Shown: positions 49,153 through 58,548 of the stretch, piece by piece
How the letters are laid out: each line of letters starts with the position of its first letter
Numbering within the stretch: position 1 is the stretch's first letter
Origin: Myxococcota bacterium
GTDB lineage: Bacteria; Myxococcota_A; UBA9160; UBA6930
Reading direction: 5' to 3'
DNA length: 64,000 bases
Assembly (NCBI GenBank): GCA_965223705.1
Contig: OZ245015.1
Location: 288,001-352,000, forward strand
Notes under the pieces: model-generated
What the model was told of the DNA's origin: nothing
Databases searched by the model: none
Seen by the model: the letters and a program-made list of their open reading frames with translations, nothing else
Made by a program: the position numbers and the translations under genes

Positions 49153-50166
49153 ATGGCGACGGATTCCCCCTACGTACTGGTCGAGAGCGACGAGCATCCC
49201 CATCCGCCCTCGGCGGAGCCGCACTTCAACGAGAGTGTCTATACGAACGCGTTCGACCATCGGCAACGTTTTGGAGGCTGGTTCCGCCTCGGCAACCGCG
49301 CGAACGAGGGCTACGCGGAATTGTCGGTGTGCCTCTACTTGCCCGACGGTCGCATCGCGTGCCAATTCGCGAAACCTCCCATCGAAGACAACCAGGCGTT
49401 TCAAGCAGGCGGTATGGATTACCGCGTCGTCGAGCCTCTTCGCGAAATCGAAGTGTCTTATTCGGGAGAGGTGCTGCTTCTCGAAGACCCGAATCTTCTG
49501 CGGGTTCCGAGAGAAATGTTCGCCAAGGCCGAGCGAGCTGCCTGTTCTTTCCGGCTGCGGCATCGCGGTTGCTCTCCGGTGAACGGGGGGTTGCCCCGGA
49601 GTCCCGATCAGCAGACCATGTTCGGAAGAGATTTTTCGCTCGGGCACTTCAATCAGCACACGGTCGTCTCGGGCGAAATTGCGATCGGTCGCGACACGCT
49701 TGCGCTGGACGGGTTCGGCTGGCGAGATCACTCCTGGGGTCCGCGGCTTTGGCAGAATATTCTCTTCGATCGCGGCTTCTACGTGAGCTTCGGTGACGAT
49801 CGCGGCTTCACGCTGCTCAAGATCGCGAACCGCGATGGCGAGGTCCGGCGAGCGGGCGTTCTGTTCGTCGACGGCCGCTACGAAGCGGTGACCGATCTCG
49901 ACGTCTTGACGACCTGGGACGCCGATCGCGATCCGACGGCCGTGACGCTCACCGCGCGTACGGCGTCCTGGTCGGCCGTTATCGAAGGCACGGTCATCCA
50001 GACGGCGCCTCTCCGGAATCGTCGGACGCTAGACGGCGAGGAGATTGTCTCGAGAATCGCGGAGGCGTTTACCGAATTTCGCTGGGACGGTCGCATCGGT
50101 TTCGGCATGACCGAGTACGTCGAGCGGCTCGGCCCGGACGGGATCCCGGTCGGTTTTCCGGGCTAG
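49153..50166 (+). CDS. Uncharacterised beta-rich protein (CrtC/tocopherol-cyclase-like fold suspected), paralog 1
   Basis: FNESVY, RLGNRANEG, HFNQH, GWRDHSWGPR, GMTEY. Confidence 0.75.
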   Translation: MATDSPYVLVESDEHPHPPSAEPHFNESVYTNAFDHRQRFGGWFRLGNRANEGYAELSVCLYLPDGRIACQFAKPPIEDNQAFQAGGMDYRVVEPLREIEVSYSGEVLLLEDPNLLRVPREMFAKAERAACSFRLRHRGCSPVNGGLPRSPDQQTMFGRDFSLGHFNQHTVVSGEIAIGRDTLALDGFGWRDHSWGPRLWQNILFDRGFYVSFGDDRGFTLLKIANRDGEVRRAGVLFVDGRYEAVTDLDVLTTWDADRDPTAVTLTARTASWSAVIEGTVIQTAPLRNRRTLDGEEIVSRIAEAFTEFRWDGRIGFGMTEYVERLGPDGIPVGFPG

Positions 50167-50178
50167 AAAAGGAATCCC

Positions 50179-51180
50179 ATGGCTCAGTTCACGATGACCC
50201 CCGAGGACGAATACAACCACCCACCGACGGCAGACGAGAACTTCAACGAAAGTGTGTACGTCAACGGATTCGATCCCAGTTCGCGAATGGGCGGGTGGTT
50301 GCGACTCGGCAATCGCCCAAATGAGGGCCACGCCGAACTTCAGGTGTGCTTGTACCTGCCCGACGGTCGCATCGCGTGCCAGTTCGAGCGCCCTCGAATC
50401 GAGGCCAACGATCGCTTTGCGGCGGCGGGTATGCGCTACGAAGTCGCCGAGCCGCTGCGCGCCGTCTCGATGCACTATGACGGAGAGCTCATGGTGCTGA
50501 CGGATCCCGAGCTATTGCGCGATCCGCGTCGATTGTTCCAGGAAGCGACGCGGGTGCCCGGCCGGGTCGCTTTCGAATTGCGCGGTGTGTCCCCGATCCA
50601 CGGAGGCGAGCCTACGTCACCCGACCAGCAGACGATGTATGGGCGGGATTTTTCGTACGGGCACTTCAATCAACACACCGAGACGAAAGGCGAGATCAAG
50701 GTTGGCGACGAGCAGTTCTCTTTCGACTCGTTCGGTTGGCGCGACCACTCTTGGGGGCCGCGCTACTGGACGAACATCTACTTTTATCGGCTGCTGATCG
50801 CGAATTTCGGACGTGACCGCGGGCTGATGCTCCTCAAGATCACAGGCCGCGACAACGTGACGCGTCGCGAGGGAGTGCTGCTCTTCGACGGAGACTACGA
50901 AGAAATCACGGATCTCGATCTCGTGACGGAGTGGAGCGAAGCGAAAGACCCGGTGGCGATGGAACTCGGTGTCCGAACCGAGAAGCGGGCGGTTCGGTTG
51001 ACCGGGCGCGTCGCGACTCTCGCGCCGCTCCGCAACCGTCGCCGCGTGGGCGACGAGATCCTTCAGTCGCGGATCGCGGAAGGACTGACCGAGTGGACCT
51101 GGGACGACCGAACTGGAATCGGCGTGACGGAATACATCGAGATCCTCGAGAACGGGGAGCCCGTCGGTTACCCGTTGTGA
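50179..51180 (+). CDS. Uncharacterised beta-rich protein, paralog 2
   Basis: Same motifs as the upstream gene over its whole length. Confidence 0.75.
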   Translation: MAQFTMTPEDEYNHPPTADENFNESVYVNGFDPSSRMGGWLRLGNRPNEGHAELQVCLYLPDGRIACQFERPRIEANDRFAAAGMRYEVAEPLRAVSMHYDGELMVLTDPELLRDPRRLFQEATRVPGRVAFELRGVSPIHGGEPTSPDQQTMYGRDFSYGHFNQHTETKGEIKVGDEQFSFDSFGWRDHSWGPRYWTNIYFYRLLIANFGRDRGLMLLKITGRDNVTRREGVLLFDGDYEEITDLDLVTEWSEAKDPVAMELGVRTEKRAVRLTGRVATLAPLRNRRRVGDEILQSRIAEGLTEWTWDDRTGIGVTEYIEILENGEPVGYPL

Positions 51181-51187
51181 GCGAAGG

Positions 51188-51637
51188 CTAGGGCGTTCGG
51201 ACCGTTACGTCGGTGCGAATCGAGTTCGCGATGAAGCATTCCTTGTGAGAAAGCTCGTGAAGCCTCTCGAGATCGGCAGACGTGGGCTGCTTTTCGCCGC
51301 TCCACTCGATCTCCGGACGTAGCTCGATCCGGGTAAGCGCCAACCGCCCGTCCTCGTTTTTTTCGAGATGGCCCTGCGCGTGGTCGACGTATGTTTCTAC
51401 GACGAATCGTTTCCGCGCTGCGAGCGCCAGGAACGTCAGCATGTGGCATGCCGAAACGGAAGCGACGAAGGCCTCTTCTGGATCGACCCGATCGGCATCG
51501 CCTCGGTACGCCGGAGCCGCGGAAGCCGGTACCGCGATGTCGCCCTCGAACTCCCATTCGTGAGCGCGGTTATACGAGTCGTACGTGAAATCGTCCGATG
51601 TCTTCTGCCAGCGCACCGTCGCTTCGTGTACCGACAT
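51188..51637 (-). CDS. OsmC/Ohr family protein
   Basis: YNRAHEW, DPEEAFVASVSACHML, HKECFIANS. TGATG overlap with upstream gene. Confidence 0.9.
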   Translation of the reverse strand: MSVHEATVRWQKTSDDFTYDSYNRAHEWEFEGDIAVPASAAPAYRGDADRVDPEEAFVASVSACHMLTFLALAARKRFVVETYVDHAQGHLEKNEDGRLALTRIELRPEIEWSGEKQPTSADLERLHELSHKECFIANSIRTDVTVRTP

Positions 51638-52719
51638 CACAAGCCTCGCTCGGCGAGCACGGTATCGAGTTGGCTCCGCGTCGCTCCGTAAAAGTGTTCG
51701 AGAGTCTTCGTGCGCTTGAAGAAGATATGGGGATCGTATTCCCAGGTGAACCCGACGCCGCCGTGCATCTGGATCGCCTCTCCGCACACCTCTCGGGCGG
51801 CGCGGCCGGCGTAGGCCTTGGCGGTTGCAGCGAGTAGCGCCGCCTCGCTCGGATTGTGGTCGAGGGCCCAAGCCGTTCGATAGACGGTGGCACGGGTGCT
51901 TTCGACCCGCAGCAGCATATCCGCGGCGCGGTGCTGCAGGCCCTGGAAGCTACCCAGGGGCGCCCCGAACGCTTCTCGCTCCTTCAAGTAGTCGAGCGTG
52001 ATTTCGAATGCGCGCTCCATCCCGCCGAGAAGCCACGCAGCGGCGCCAAAGGAACCGAAGAGCGCACCGGCTGCGAGAAGTTCTTCCGATGCGACTCCCT
52101 CCGCGAGAAGTATGCCCGGCTCGTCGAACGTTACGGTCCCAAACCGTTGTGCGTGGTCGACGGTTGGCGTCGCCTCGAAGGACCAACCGCTCGCGGGCCT
52201 CGGGACGAGCGCGAGCCCTTCGTGCGTCGTCACGAGGAGCGCGTCCGCGTCGGCCGCGAAGGGCACGTAGCGCTTCGTTCCTCGGACATGTCCGTTTTCA
52301 AAGCGCGTTTCCGGAGGTGCATCGCCCTCGCCCGACGGATCTTCCGCAGAGGCCAGGGTCACGTGCTTCTCGCCCGAGACGAGACCGTCCCGCCAAGAGA
52401 TGGCTTCCGGGTTCGAGCAGCGCCTGATCAGCTCCAACGCCTGCATACGAGGGAGCGCTGGACCGGGGAGCGCGACGCGACCCATCTCCTCCAGCACCAC
52501 GGCCAACGCGATGTGACCCATATCCGCGCCGCCTTCTTTTTCGGGCAGCCACACACCCAAGTAGCCGAGCTCCGCCAGGTCGGCATAGAGCTTCGGCGGA
52601 TAGCCTTCTGGGCTTTCCTCCATGATCGGCCGCGTGATCTCGAGCGATGCTTCCTTCTCGAGGAATTCGCGCACACTCTGCTTGACCAAGCCGTGTTCTT
52701 CGCTGAGTTCGAAACGCAT
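51637..52719 (-). CDS. Acyl-CoA dehydrogenase-like protein (shorter subunit)
   Basis: LEEMGR, REAFGAPLGSFQGLQH, QMHGGVGFTWE. Confidence 0.88.
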   Translation of the reverse strand: MRFELSEEHGLVKQSVREFLEKEASLEITRPIMEESPEGYPPKLYADLAELGYLGVWLPEKEGGADMGHIALAVVLEEMGRVALPGPALPRMQALELIRRCSNPEAISWRDGLVSGEKHVTLASAEDPSGEGDAPPETRFENGHVRGTKRYVPFAADADALLVTTHEGLALVPRPASGWSFEATPTVDHAQRFGTVTFDEPGILLAEGVASEELLAAGALFGSFGAAAWLLGGMERAFEITLDYLKEREAFGAPLGSFQGLQHRAADMLLRVESTRATVYRTAWALDHNPSEAALLAATAKAYAGRAAREVCGEAIQMHGGVGFTWEYDPHIFFKRTKTLEHFYGATRSQLDTVLAERGL

Positions 52720-52728
52720 AGCCTCTCC

Positions 52729-53904
52729 TTATCGAACCGGCAGCCGAAGGGCGCGTTTCGCAATGATGTTTCGTTGGATCTCAGAAGAGCCCGAGTAGAT
52801 CGTGCCCGCGCGACTCCAGAGGAGCTCGTAACTCCAATCCATTTCCGGACGCGCGCCGGGCGCGTTGCCACTGAGTTGGGCTTCTGCTCCCAGCAGTTCG
52901 ACCGCTGTATCAGCTTGGCGTTTCGCGTATTCGGACCACACGAGCTTCTCGATAGAAGATTCCGGGCCCGGAACGTCGCCCGATGACAGTGTCGCGAGAC
53001 TTCGCAAGCCGTTGGAACGCATGACTTCGTTCTCCACCAGGAGCCACGCGAGTTTTTCCCTCACATCGCGGTTCCCGAGCTGCTCGCGCTCCCTCAGGCC
53101 GTTGATGAGATCGCCGAGATAACGGTCGTTCTTCGCAGGATCGGCCAGCGAAGTGGAACCGCGCTCGTAAGACAAGACCGTCATGGCGATCTTCCAGCCC
53201 TCACCGATGTTTCCGACGATGTGCTCGCGCCTTGCCAGCGCGCCGTCGAAAAATACTTCTCCGAATTCGGCATCTCCCGTGATCTGTCGCAACGAGCGAA
53301 CTTCGACGCCTTCTTCGTCGAGCGGCATCAGGAAGAAAGTGATGCCTCCGTAGCGATCGTCGGGGTCGGTGCGCGCCAAGACGAAGATCCAATCGGCCCA
53401 GGGGCCAAATGTCGTCCAGACCTTTTGGCCCGTGATCCGGTAGTCCTCACCGTCCGGTTCCGCCCGCGTTCGGAGGCTCGCGAGGTCGCTTCCGGCGCTG
53501 GGCTCGCTAAACCCCTGGCACCAAAGCTCGTCGGCGGACAGCATCTTCGGGATGAACCGGCGTCGCTGTTCTTCACTGCCGTGGTGGATCAGGGCGGGCC
53601 CGAGCAGGGCCAGGCCGAGAAAGTTGGGGATCGGCGGCGCATCCGCTCGTTGCATCTCTTCCTGGAAGATCGCCTTTTCGACCACCGTGGCTCCCCGCCC
53701 GCCCCACTCGGTCGGCCAATCCATTCCCAAATATCCGGCCTCGTGCAGCTTGCGCTGAAACGCACGCCGAATTTGGACGAGCTCGTCCGCGCCATGTCTC
53801 GGGTCGGCGATTTCTCGTGAGAAAGGGCGCTCGACTTCCCGCGCCAACCACTCCCGAAGTTCGCTTCGGAAACGCTCGTGGTCGTCGGTGAAAGCTAGAT
53901 CCAT
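52729..53904 (-). CDS. Acyl-CoA dehydrogenase
   Basis: WCQGFSEPSAGSDLASL, GQKVWT, LSYERG, IYSGSSEIQRNII. Confidence 0.92.
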   Translation of the reverse strand: MDLAFTDDHERFRSELREWLAREVERPFSREIADPRHGADELVQIRRAFQRKLHEAGYLGMDWPTEWGGRGATVVEKAIFQEEMQRADAPPIPNFLGLALLGPALIHHGSEEQRRRFIPKMLSADELWCQGFSEPSAGSDLASLRTRAEPDGEDYRITGQKVWTTFGPWADWIFVLARTDPDDRYGGITFFLMPLDEEGVEVRSLRQITGDAEFGEVFFDGALARREHIVGNIGEGWKIAMTVLSYERGSTSLADPAKNDRYLGDLINGLREREQLGNRDVREKLAWLLVENEVMRSNGLRSLATLSSGDVPGPESSIEKLVWSEYAKRQADTAVELLGAEAQLSGNAPGARPEMDWSYELLWSRAGTIYSGSSEIQRNIIAKRALRLPVR

Positions 53905-53957
53905 GGCGTTCTCCCTCGGTTCGAAGCCGATCGGAAGCGTGCCATACTTTTCGCCCT

Positions 53958-54734
53958 ATGCCCTTACTCGAGGAAACAGAGCCCCGCGCACAGGCGGTCG
54001 TCAACGAGAACGGAACGTCGCCGTTTTTCCTCACGTGCGATCACGCAAGCGCCCGGATCCCCCGATCCCTGGGAGATCTCGGGGTTTCCGCCGAGAACCG
54101 CCAGCGCCACATCGCCTGGGACATCGGTGCCGCCGGCGTGGCACGCGAACTTTCGCGACTTCTCGACGCGACCCTCGTGCTGCAGAACTACTCGCGGCTC
54201 GTGATCGACTGCAATCGACCTTTCGAGAACCCGGCATCGATTCCGATCGAGAGCGAGGGGGTCGAGATTCCGGGCAATCGCGATGTCACCGAAGGCGACC
54301 GCTTCGCTCGGCAGTCGGAGATTTTCGATCCGTACCATCGGGAGATCCGCGAGTGTCTCGACCGGCGAGAGCGGGTTGGGAAGCCGACGACCTTCGTCGC
54401 GATCCACAGCTTTACGCCTGTCTACCACGGCGTCCCCCGGCCGTGGGACGTCAGCGTTTTGTACCACCGGGAGCGGCGCCTCTCTCGCTTCGTTCTGGAC
54501 AAGCTCGGGGCAGATCCCGAGCTCTGCGTCGGCGACAACCAACCCTACCAAGTCACCGATACCAGCGATTTTGGCATTCCCGTCCACGCGGAGAGGCGCG
54601 GCCTCGCCTGCGCGCTGATCGAGTTTCGGCAGGATCTCGTCGAAGCTCCCGACGGACAGCGCGCCTGGGCGCATCGCCTTGCCGCCTGCCTCGGCGCTTC
54701 TCCGGAGTTCGAGTCGCTACCGCCCGCCGGTTAG
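53958..54734 (+). CDS. N-formylglutamate amidohydrolase family
   Basis: CDHAS, HIAWDIGA, SRLVIDCNR, IHSFTP, GDNQPY, IEFRQD. Confidence 0.9.
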   Translation: MPLLEETEPRAQAVVNENGTSPFFLTCDHASARIPRSLGDLGVSAENRQRHIAWDIGAAGVARELSRLLDATLVLQNYSRLVIDCNRPFENPASIPIESEGVEIPGNRDVTEGDRFARQSEIFDPYHREIRECLDRRERVGKPTTFVAIHSFTPVYHGVPRPWDVSVLYHRERRLSRFVLDKLGADPELCVGDNQPYQVTDTSDFGIPVHAERRGLACALIEFRQDLVEAPDGQRAWAHRLAACLGASPEFESLPPAG

Positions 54735-56060
54735 GTTGGACACGCTGAAGAGCCGACGCACCTGCGACGGCTTGACTTTCGGGACCTCGACTTCGTCCGC
54801 CCAAACGAGGCTGCCGTTCTCCTTGGCAAGGTTGATCGCGACGCCGCTCTGCCAGTGGGCGACGGTCTGCGCCGGCGACGGTTCGCTGTCGACATCGTCG
54901 CCCGGCCAGCGATAGGTCGAGTAGAGGATCTTGAACAGGTTGTCTTCGCGGTCGAAGATGAGCGCCATCGGAATGTTGAAATTCTCGCGGTCGACGAACA
55001 TCAGCTTTCGGCCGTAGGGGTGCTCAGGCAGGGTGGAGCGCTGTTCCACCACATAGCAGTCCCGGAGCTGCCAGCGGTCTTTCGGGATCCAACTTCCCGG
55101 CCCGTAGAACTTCGCGTGCTCGCCCTTTGAATCCGCGACGTGAAGCACGCGTTTGCGCCCGTGATACGACCACTCGTAGTCGAGCACCCGGCCCGAGAAA
55201 CCTTCGAAATCGTCGAGCGTAAACTCTGATCCGACGAAACTGTCCGCCCGTTCTTTCGGCGACAGGCGTCGCACGCGCCGCTCCGTCGGAAGGTACGAGT
55301 TCACCTGATCTTCTTCGAATGCGTCGAGCGGCCGCTCGATGACGAACGTGCTGCCCCGCATCTCAAAAGGATGTGTGAAGGTGATGAGTTCCTTGTAGTG
55401 GAGCGTGTCGGACCCGTCGACGTCGAGAGCAAAATCCTGACCGTCGAGCATCGCGAGTTTGCTCAAATAGACCCGCTGATACCGCTCGATCAGGTGGCGT
55501 TCGACGAGACCGCCGCCGACCAGTGCGCGATCGACGTCCGTGTTTCGCCCCTGGCGTTCTCCGGGCTTCAGATAGACCAAGTGGATCGAGTCCGACGCGT
55601 AGCCGTAGTATTGCCACCGATAGACGCGATTCCACGCCACCATGTACGCCGCGTCTTCGGGAGGCGCCTCGAGAATCCTGTCGTGGGAGAACGGCTGTCC
55701 CGAAACGTAGTGACCGAGGCTTCGGTCCTCGCGGAGCACCGTCTGCTCGCCGTACTGGATGCTGGCATCGCGATACGCCGCGTGTGGGCTGAAGGACTGC
55801 GTTTCCTGAATCTCGGCTTCAAACTCGGGAAATTCGAGTTGAGAAAGGAAGCCCGGGGGCATCCAGGGAGCGAGCCGCTCGAGGTTCGAGCTCGCGACGA
55901 CGGTTCCTTCGGAAAGGTTCACTTCCGCGTTTCGATGCTCATCCAGCCAGGCGAGAATCTCAGACCACGTCGGCGCGGCGTCCGCGCTCGTCGCGAGGGC
56001 CACATAAAAAAGCCCCGCGAGGGGCCACCAGCGTCGACTCAAATGTTCATTCCCCGCCAC
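54717..56060 (-). CDS. DUF1329-family secreted protein (LolA-like C-terminal domain)
   Basis: Signal peptide, GQPF, VAWN, YLPTERRVRR, DDFEGFSG, HPYGRK. Confidence 0.75.
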   Translation of the reverse strand: MAGNEHLSRRWWPLAGLFYVALATSADAAPTWSEILAWLDEHRNAEVNLSEGTVVASSNLERLAPWMPPGFLSQLEFPEFEAEIQETQSFSPHAAYRDASIQYGEQTVLREDRSLGHYVSGQPFSHDRILEAPPEDAAYMVAWNRVYRWQYYGYASDSIHLVYLKPGERQGRNTDVDRALVGGGLVERHLIERYQRVYLSKLAMLDGQDFALDVDGSDTLHYKELITFTHPFEMRGSTFVIERPLDAFEEDQVNSYLPTERRVRRLSPKERADSFVGSEFTLDDFEGFSGRVLDYEWSYHGRKRVLHVADSKGEHAKFYGPGSWIPKDRWQLRDCYVVEQRSTLPEHPYGRKLMFVDRENFNIPMALIFDREDNLFKILYSTYRWPGDDVDSEPSPAQTVAHWQSGVAINLAKENGSLVWADEVEVPKVKPSQVRRLFSVSNLTGGR

Positions 56061-56401
56061 GCGCGTTCGTCAGGCAAAGCTTCGAGCGTCTCCGTCAACT
56101 GATCGATCAAGCCACCGCACACGACTTCGCAGAGCTCGACCACCGTCGCGTCGACTATACGGTAAAAACCGCGGTTGCCCTCGGAGCGACGGGAAACGAT
56201 CCCTTCTCGGCGGAGGATCGCGAGTTGACGCGAAACCGTCGGTTGGTCGAATTCGGCCGCGTCGGCCAGATCGCCGACCGACATCTCTCCGTCCATCAGC
56301 AGATTGAGCAGCTTGAGTCGCGACGGATCGCCCAGACAGCGAAAGCGAGCTGCGACGATCTTCAGCGCTTCCTCGGTCAAACGTTGAGACTTGCGAGCCA
56401 T
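56039..56401 (-). CDS. ArsR/SmtB-family repressor, probable persulfide/redox sensor
   Basis: FRCLGDPSRLKLL, QPTVSRQLAILR, C-terminal LCEVVC. Divergent from sqr. Confidence 0.9.
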   Translation of the reverse strand: MARKSQRLTEEALKIVAARFRCLGDPSRLKLLNLLMDGEMSVGDLADAAEFDQPTVSRQLAILRREGIVSRRSEGNRGFYRIVDATVVELCEVVCGGLIDQLTETLEALPDERAWRGMNI

Positions 56402-56408
56402 CTAGCAT

Positions 56409-56462
56409 ACGTATACTGACAAAAATCATATATAGCAATATGCGAATATATTCATATAATAG
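56409..56462. promoter_or_regulatory. AT-rich divergent promoter/ArsR operator
   Basis: Strikingly AT-rich island, perfect TATAAT at 56455-56460, imperfect palindrome ATATGCGAATATATTCATAT. Confidence 0.7.
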
Positions 56463-56488
56463 GCGCAATCACTTGAGGAGGGTCTCAG

Positions 56489-57679
56489 ATGACGCATCAC
56501 GTCCTGATCGTTGGCGGCGGGAGCGCGGGTATCACCACGGCGGCGCTGCTCCGGAGAAAAGGCATTACCGAAATTTCGGTGCTCGAGCCGTCCAGCTCCC
56601 ATTACTACCAGCCCGCTTGGACCCTTGTTGGAGGTGGAGTGATTGCCCGGGAGAAAACCGTCCGGCCGACGGCCAGCGTCATGCCCTCCGGTGTGCGCTG
56701 GATCCAAGACCGCGCGAAGAGCTTTGATCCTGTCGCGAATCGACTCGACACGGAACACAACGGTTCGTTGACCTACGACTTTCTCGTGGTCGCGCCGGGA
56801 CTGCAGCTCGATTGGGATGCCATACCGGGCCTGCGCGAAGGTCTCGAAACACCGCATGTGTCGAGTATCTACAGCTTCGAGGGTGCGACGAAGACCTGGG
56901 AGATGCTCGAGCGCACCAAGAGCGGGGACGCGGTCTTCACCTGCCCGCCCATGCCGATCAAGTGCGCGGGCGCGCCTCAGAAGATCGCGTATCTCATGGC
57001 GGATCACTTGCGTCGCAAGGGGCTCAAGGGTGGCTGTCGCGTTCGCTATGCGACGGCGTTGCCCGTGATCTTCGGCGTCAAGGAATACGCCGACCTCTTG
57101 ATCGACATCGCCGCGCGCGCGGACGTCGACGTGCTCTATCAGCATCAGCTCAGCGCGATCGATGCGGCGGCACGGGAAGCGAGCTTCACCGTGACGCGCG
57201 GGGAAGAGAAGATCACGGAGCGGCTTCCCTACGCGGCGCTTCACGTCACCCCGCCCCAAAGCGCCCCGGACTTCATCAAGCAGAGCCCCCTCGCAGGAGA
57301 GAGCCCGGCCGGGTGGATGGCCGTCGACAAGCACACGCTGCGGCACGTCCGTTACGAAAACGTCTTCGGGCTCGGCGATGTCACCGACACGCCGAACGCC
57401 AAAACCGGAGCGGCGATCCGGCATCAAGCACCGGTTCTTGTCGACAACTTGTGTGCGCAAATGGAAGGCCGCTCGTTGCCCGCGTCGTACGGCGGCTACG
57501 GGGCCTGTCCCCTCGTTACGGCCTACGGGAAGATGCTCCTCGCCGAGTTTGACTACACCGGCAAGCCGACTCCGACGCTGCCCATCGACACAATGCGCGA
57601 GCGCTATTCGATGTGGCTACTGAAACGCTACGGGCTGCCCTGGTTCTATTGGAACCGCATGCTGCGCGGTCACTGTTAA
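56489..57679 (+). CDS. sqr: Sulfide:quinone oxidoreductase (type II-like)
   Basis: VGGGSAG, HYYQPAWTLVGGG, IKCAGAPQK, HVTPPQ, LGD, KTGAA, YGACPLVT, LAEFDY. Confidence 0.88.
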   Translation: MTHHVLIVGGGSAGITTAALLRRKGITEISVLEPSSSHYYQPAWTLVGGGVIAREKTVRPTASVMPSGVRWIQDRAKSFDPVANRLDTEHNGSLTYDFLVVAPGLQLDWDAIPGLREGLETPHVSSIYSFEGATKTWEMLERTKSGDAVFTCPPMPIKCAGAPQKIAYLMADHLRRKGLKGGCRVRYATALPVIFGVKEYADLLIDIAARADVDVLYQHQLSAIDAAAREASFTVTRGEEKITERLPYAALHVTPPQSAPDFIKQSPLAGESPAGWMAVDKHTLRHVRYENVFGLGDVTDTPNAKTGAAIRHQAPVLVDNLCAQMEGRSLPASYGGYGACPLVTAYGKMLLAEFDYTGKPTPTLPIDTMRERYSMWLLKRYGLPWFYWNRMLRGHC

Positions 57680-57688
57680 GGAGATCCG

Positions 57689-58105
57689 ATGACGAACTTT
57701 ACCCCCGTCTCCGCATTGCTCGGAGGTTTGATGATCGGTGCCGCGGCAGCGGGCCTCTTGATGTTGCACGGGCGCATCGCCGGAATCAGCGGAATTCTGG
57801 GCGGTGCCCTGACTGGGGACGACCGCGGTTTCCGCTGGGCGTTCTTGGTCGGCTTGCCCCTCGGCGCCGTCCTCGTGTCCGCCCTGCAGGGCGGCGTCAC
57901 GGTCCAGGTCGAAGGCTCTACCGCACTTCTCGTTACGGCGGGACTCCTGGTCGGTGTCGGAACCCAACTCGGGAGCGGATGCACCAGCGGCCACGGCGTC
58001 TGTGGTCTGGCGCGGCGTTCGCCCCGATCACTCATCGCGACCGTCACGTTCATGGGGGTCGCGGCCCTCGTCGTCTACCTCATGCATGTCATCGGAGTTC
58101 GCTGA
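57689..58105 (+). CDS. YeeE/YedE family sulfur-compound transporter subunit
   Basis: GRIAGISG, GSGCTSGHGVCG. Confidence 0.9.
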   Translation: MTNFTPVSALLGGLMIGAAAAGLLMLHGRIAGISGILGGALTGDDRGFRWAFLVGLPLGAVLVSALQGGVTVQVEGSTALLVTAGLLVGVGTQLGSGCTSGHGVCGLARRSPRSLIATVTFMGVAALVVYLMHVIGVR

Positions 58106-58548
58106 TGGTTCGTCTTGTTGCGGCCTTGTGCTTGGGAGTTCTGTTTGGTGTCGGCTTGACGGTTTCGCAGATGGTCAATCCGGCGAAGGTGATCGGTTTC
58201 CTCGACGTGACCGGAAACTGGGATCCGAGTCTGGCTTTCGTCATGGGCGGAGCTTTGATGGTGACGATCCCCATGTTCGCTCTGGCAAAAAAGCGAGAGG
58301 GGCCGCTTCTCGCGCAGCGGTTCCAGTGGCCGAGCCGAACCGACATCGACCCCCGCCTGATCGGCGGGGCGGCAGCGTTCGGAATCGGTTGGGGGCTCGC
58401 TGGGTTTTGCCCCGGACCGGCTCTGGCATCGCTCGGTTTAGGTGAGACGGCGGCGTACCCGTTCGTGATCGCGATGCTCGCCGGAACCTGGCTGGCACGT
58501 GCTGCCTTGTCGGGGGGAACGTTCGCGCAACCACAGGAGTCACGATGA
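58105..58548 (+). CDS. YeeE/YedE family subunit 2
   Basis: MVNPAKVIGFLD, WDPSLAFVM, FGIGWGLAGFCPGP. TGATG overlap with upstream gene. Confidence 0.9.
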   Translation: MVRLVAALCLGVLFGVGLTVSQMVNPAKVIGFLDVTGNWDPSLAFVMGGALMVTIPMFALAKKREGPLLAQRFQWPSRTDIDPRLIGGAAAFGIGWGLAGFCPGPALASLGLGETAAYPFVIAMLAGTWLARAALSGGTFAQPQESR

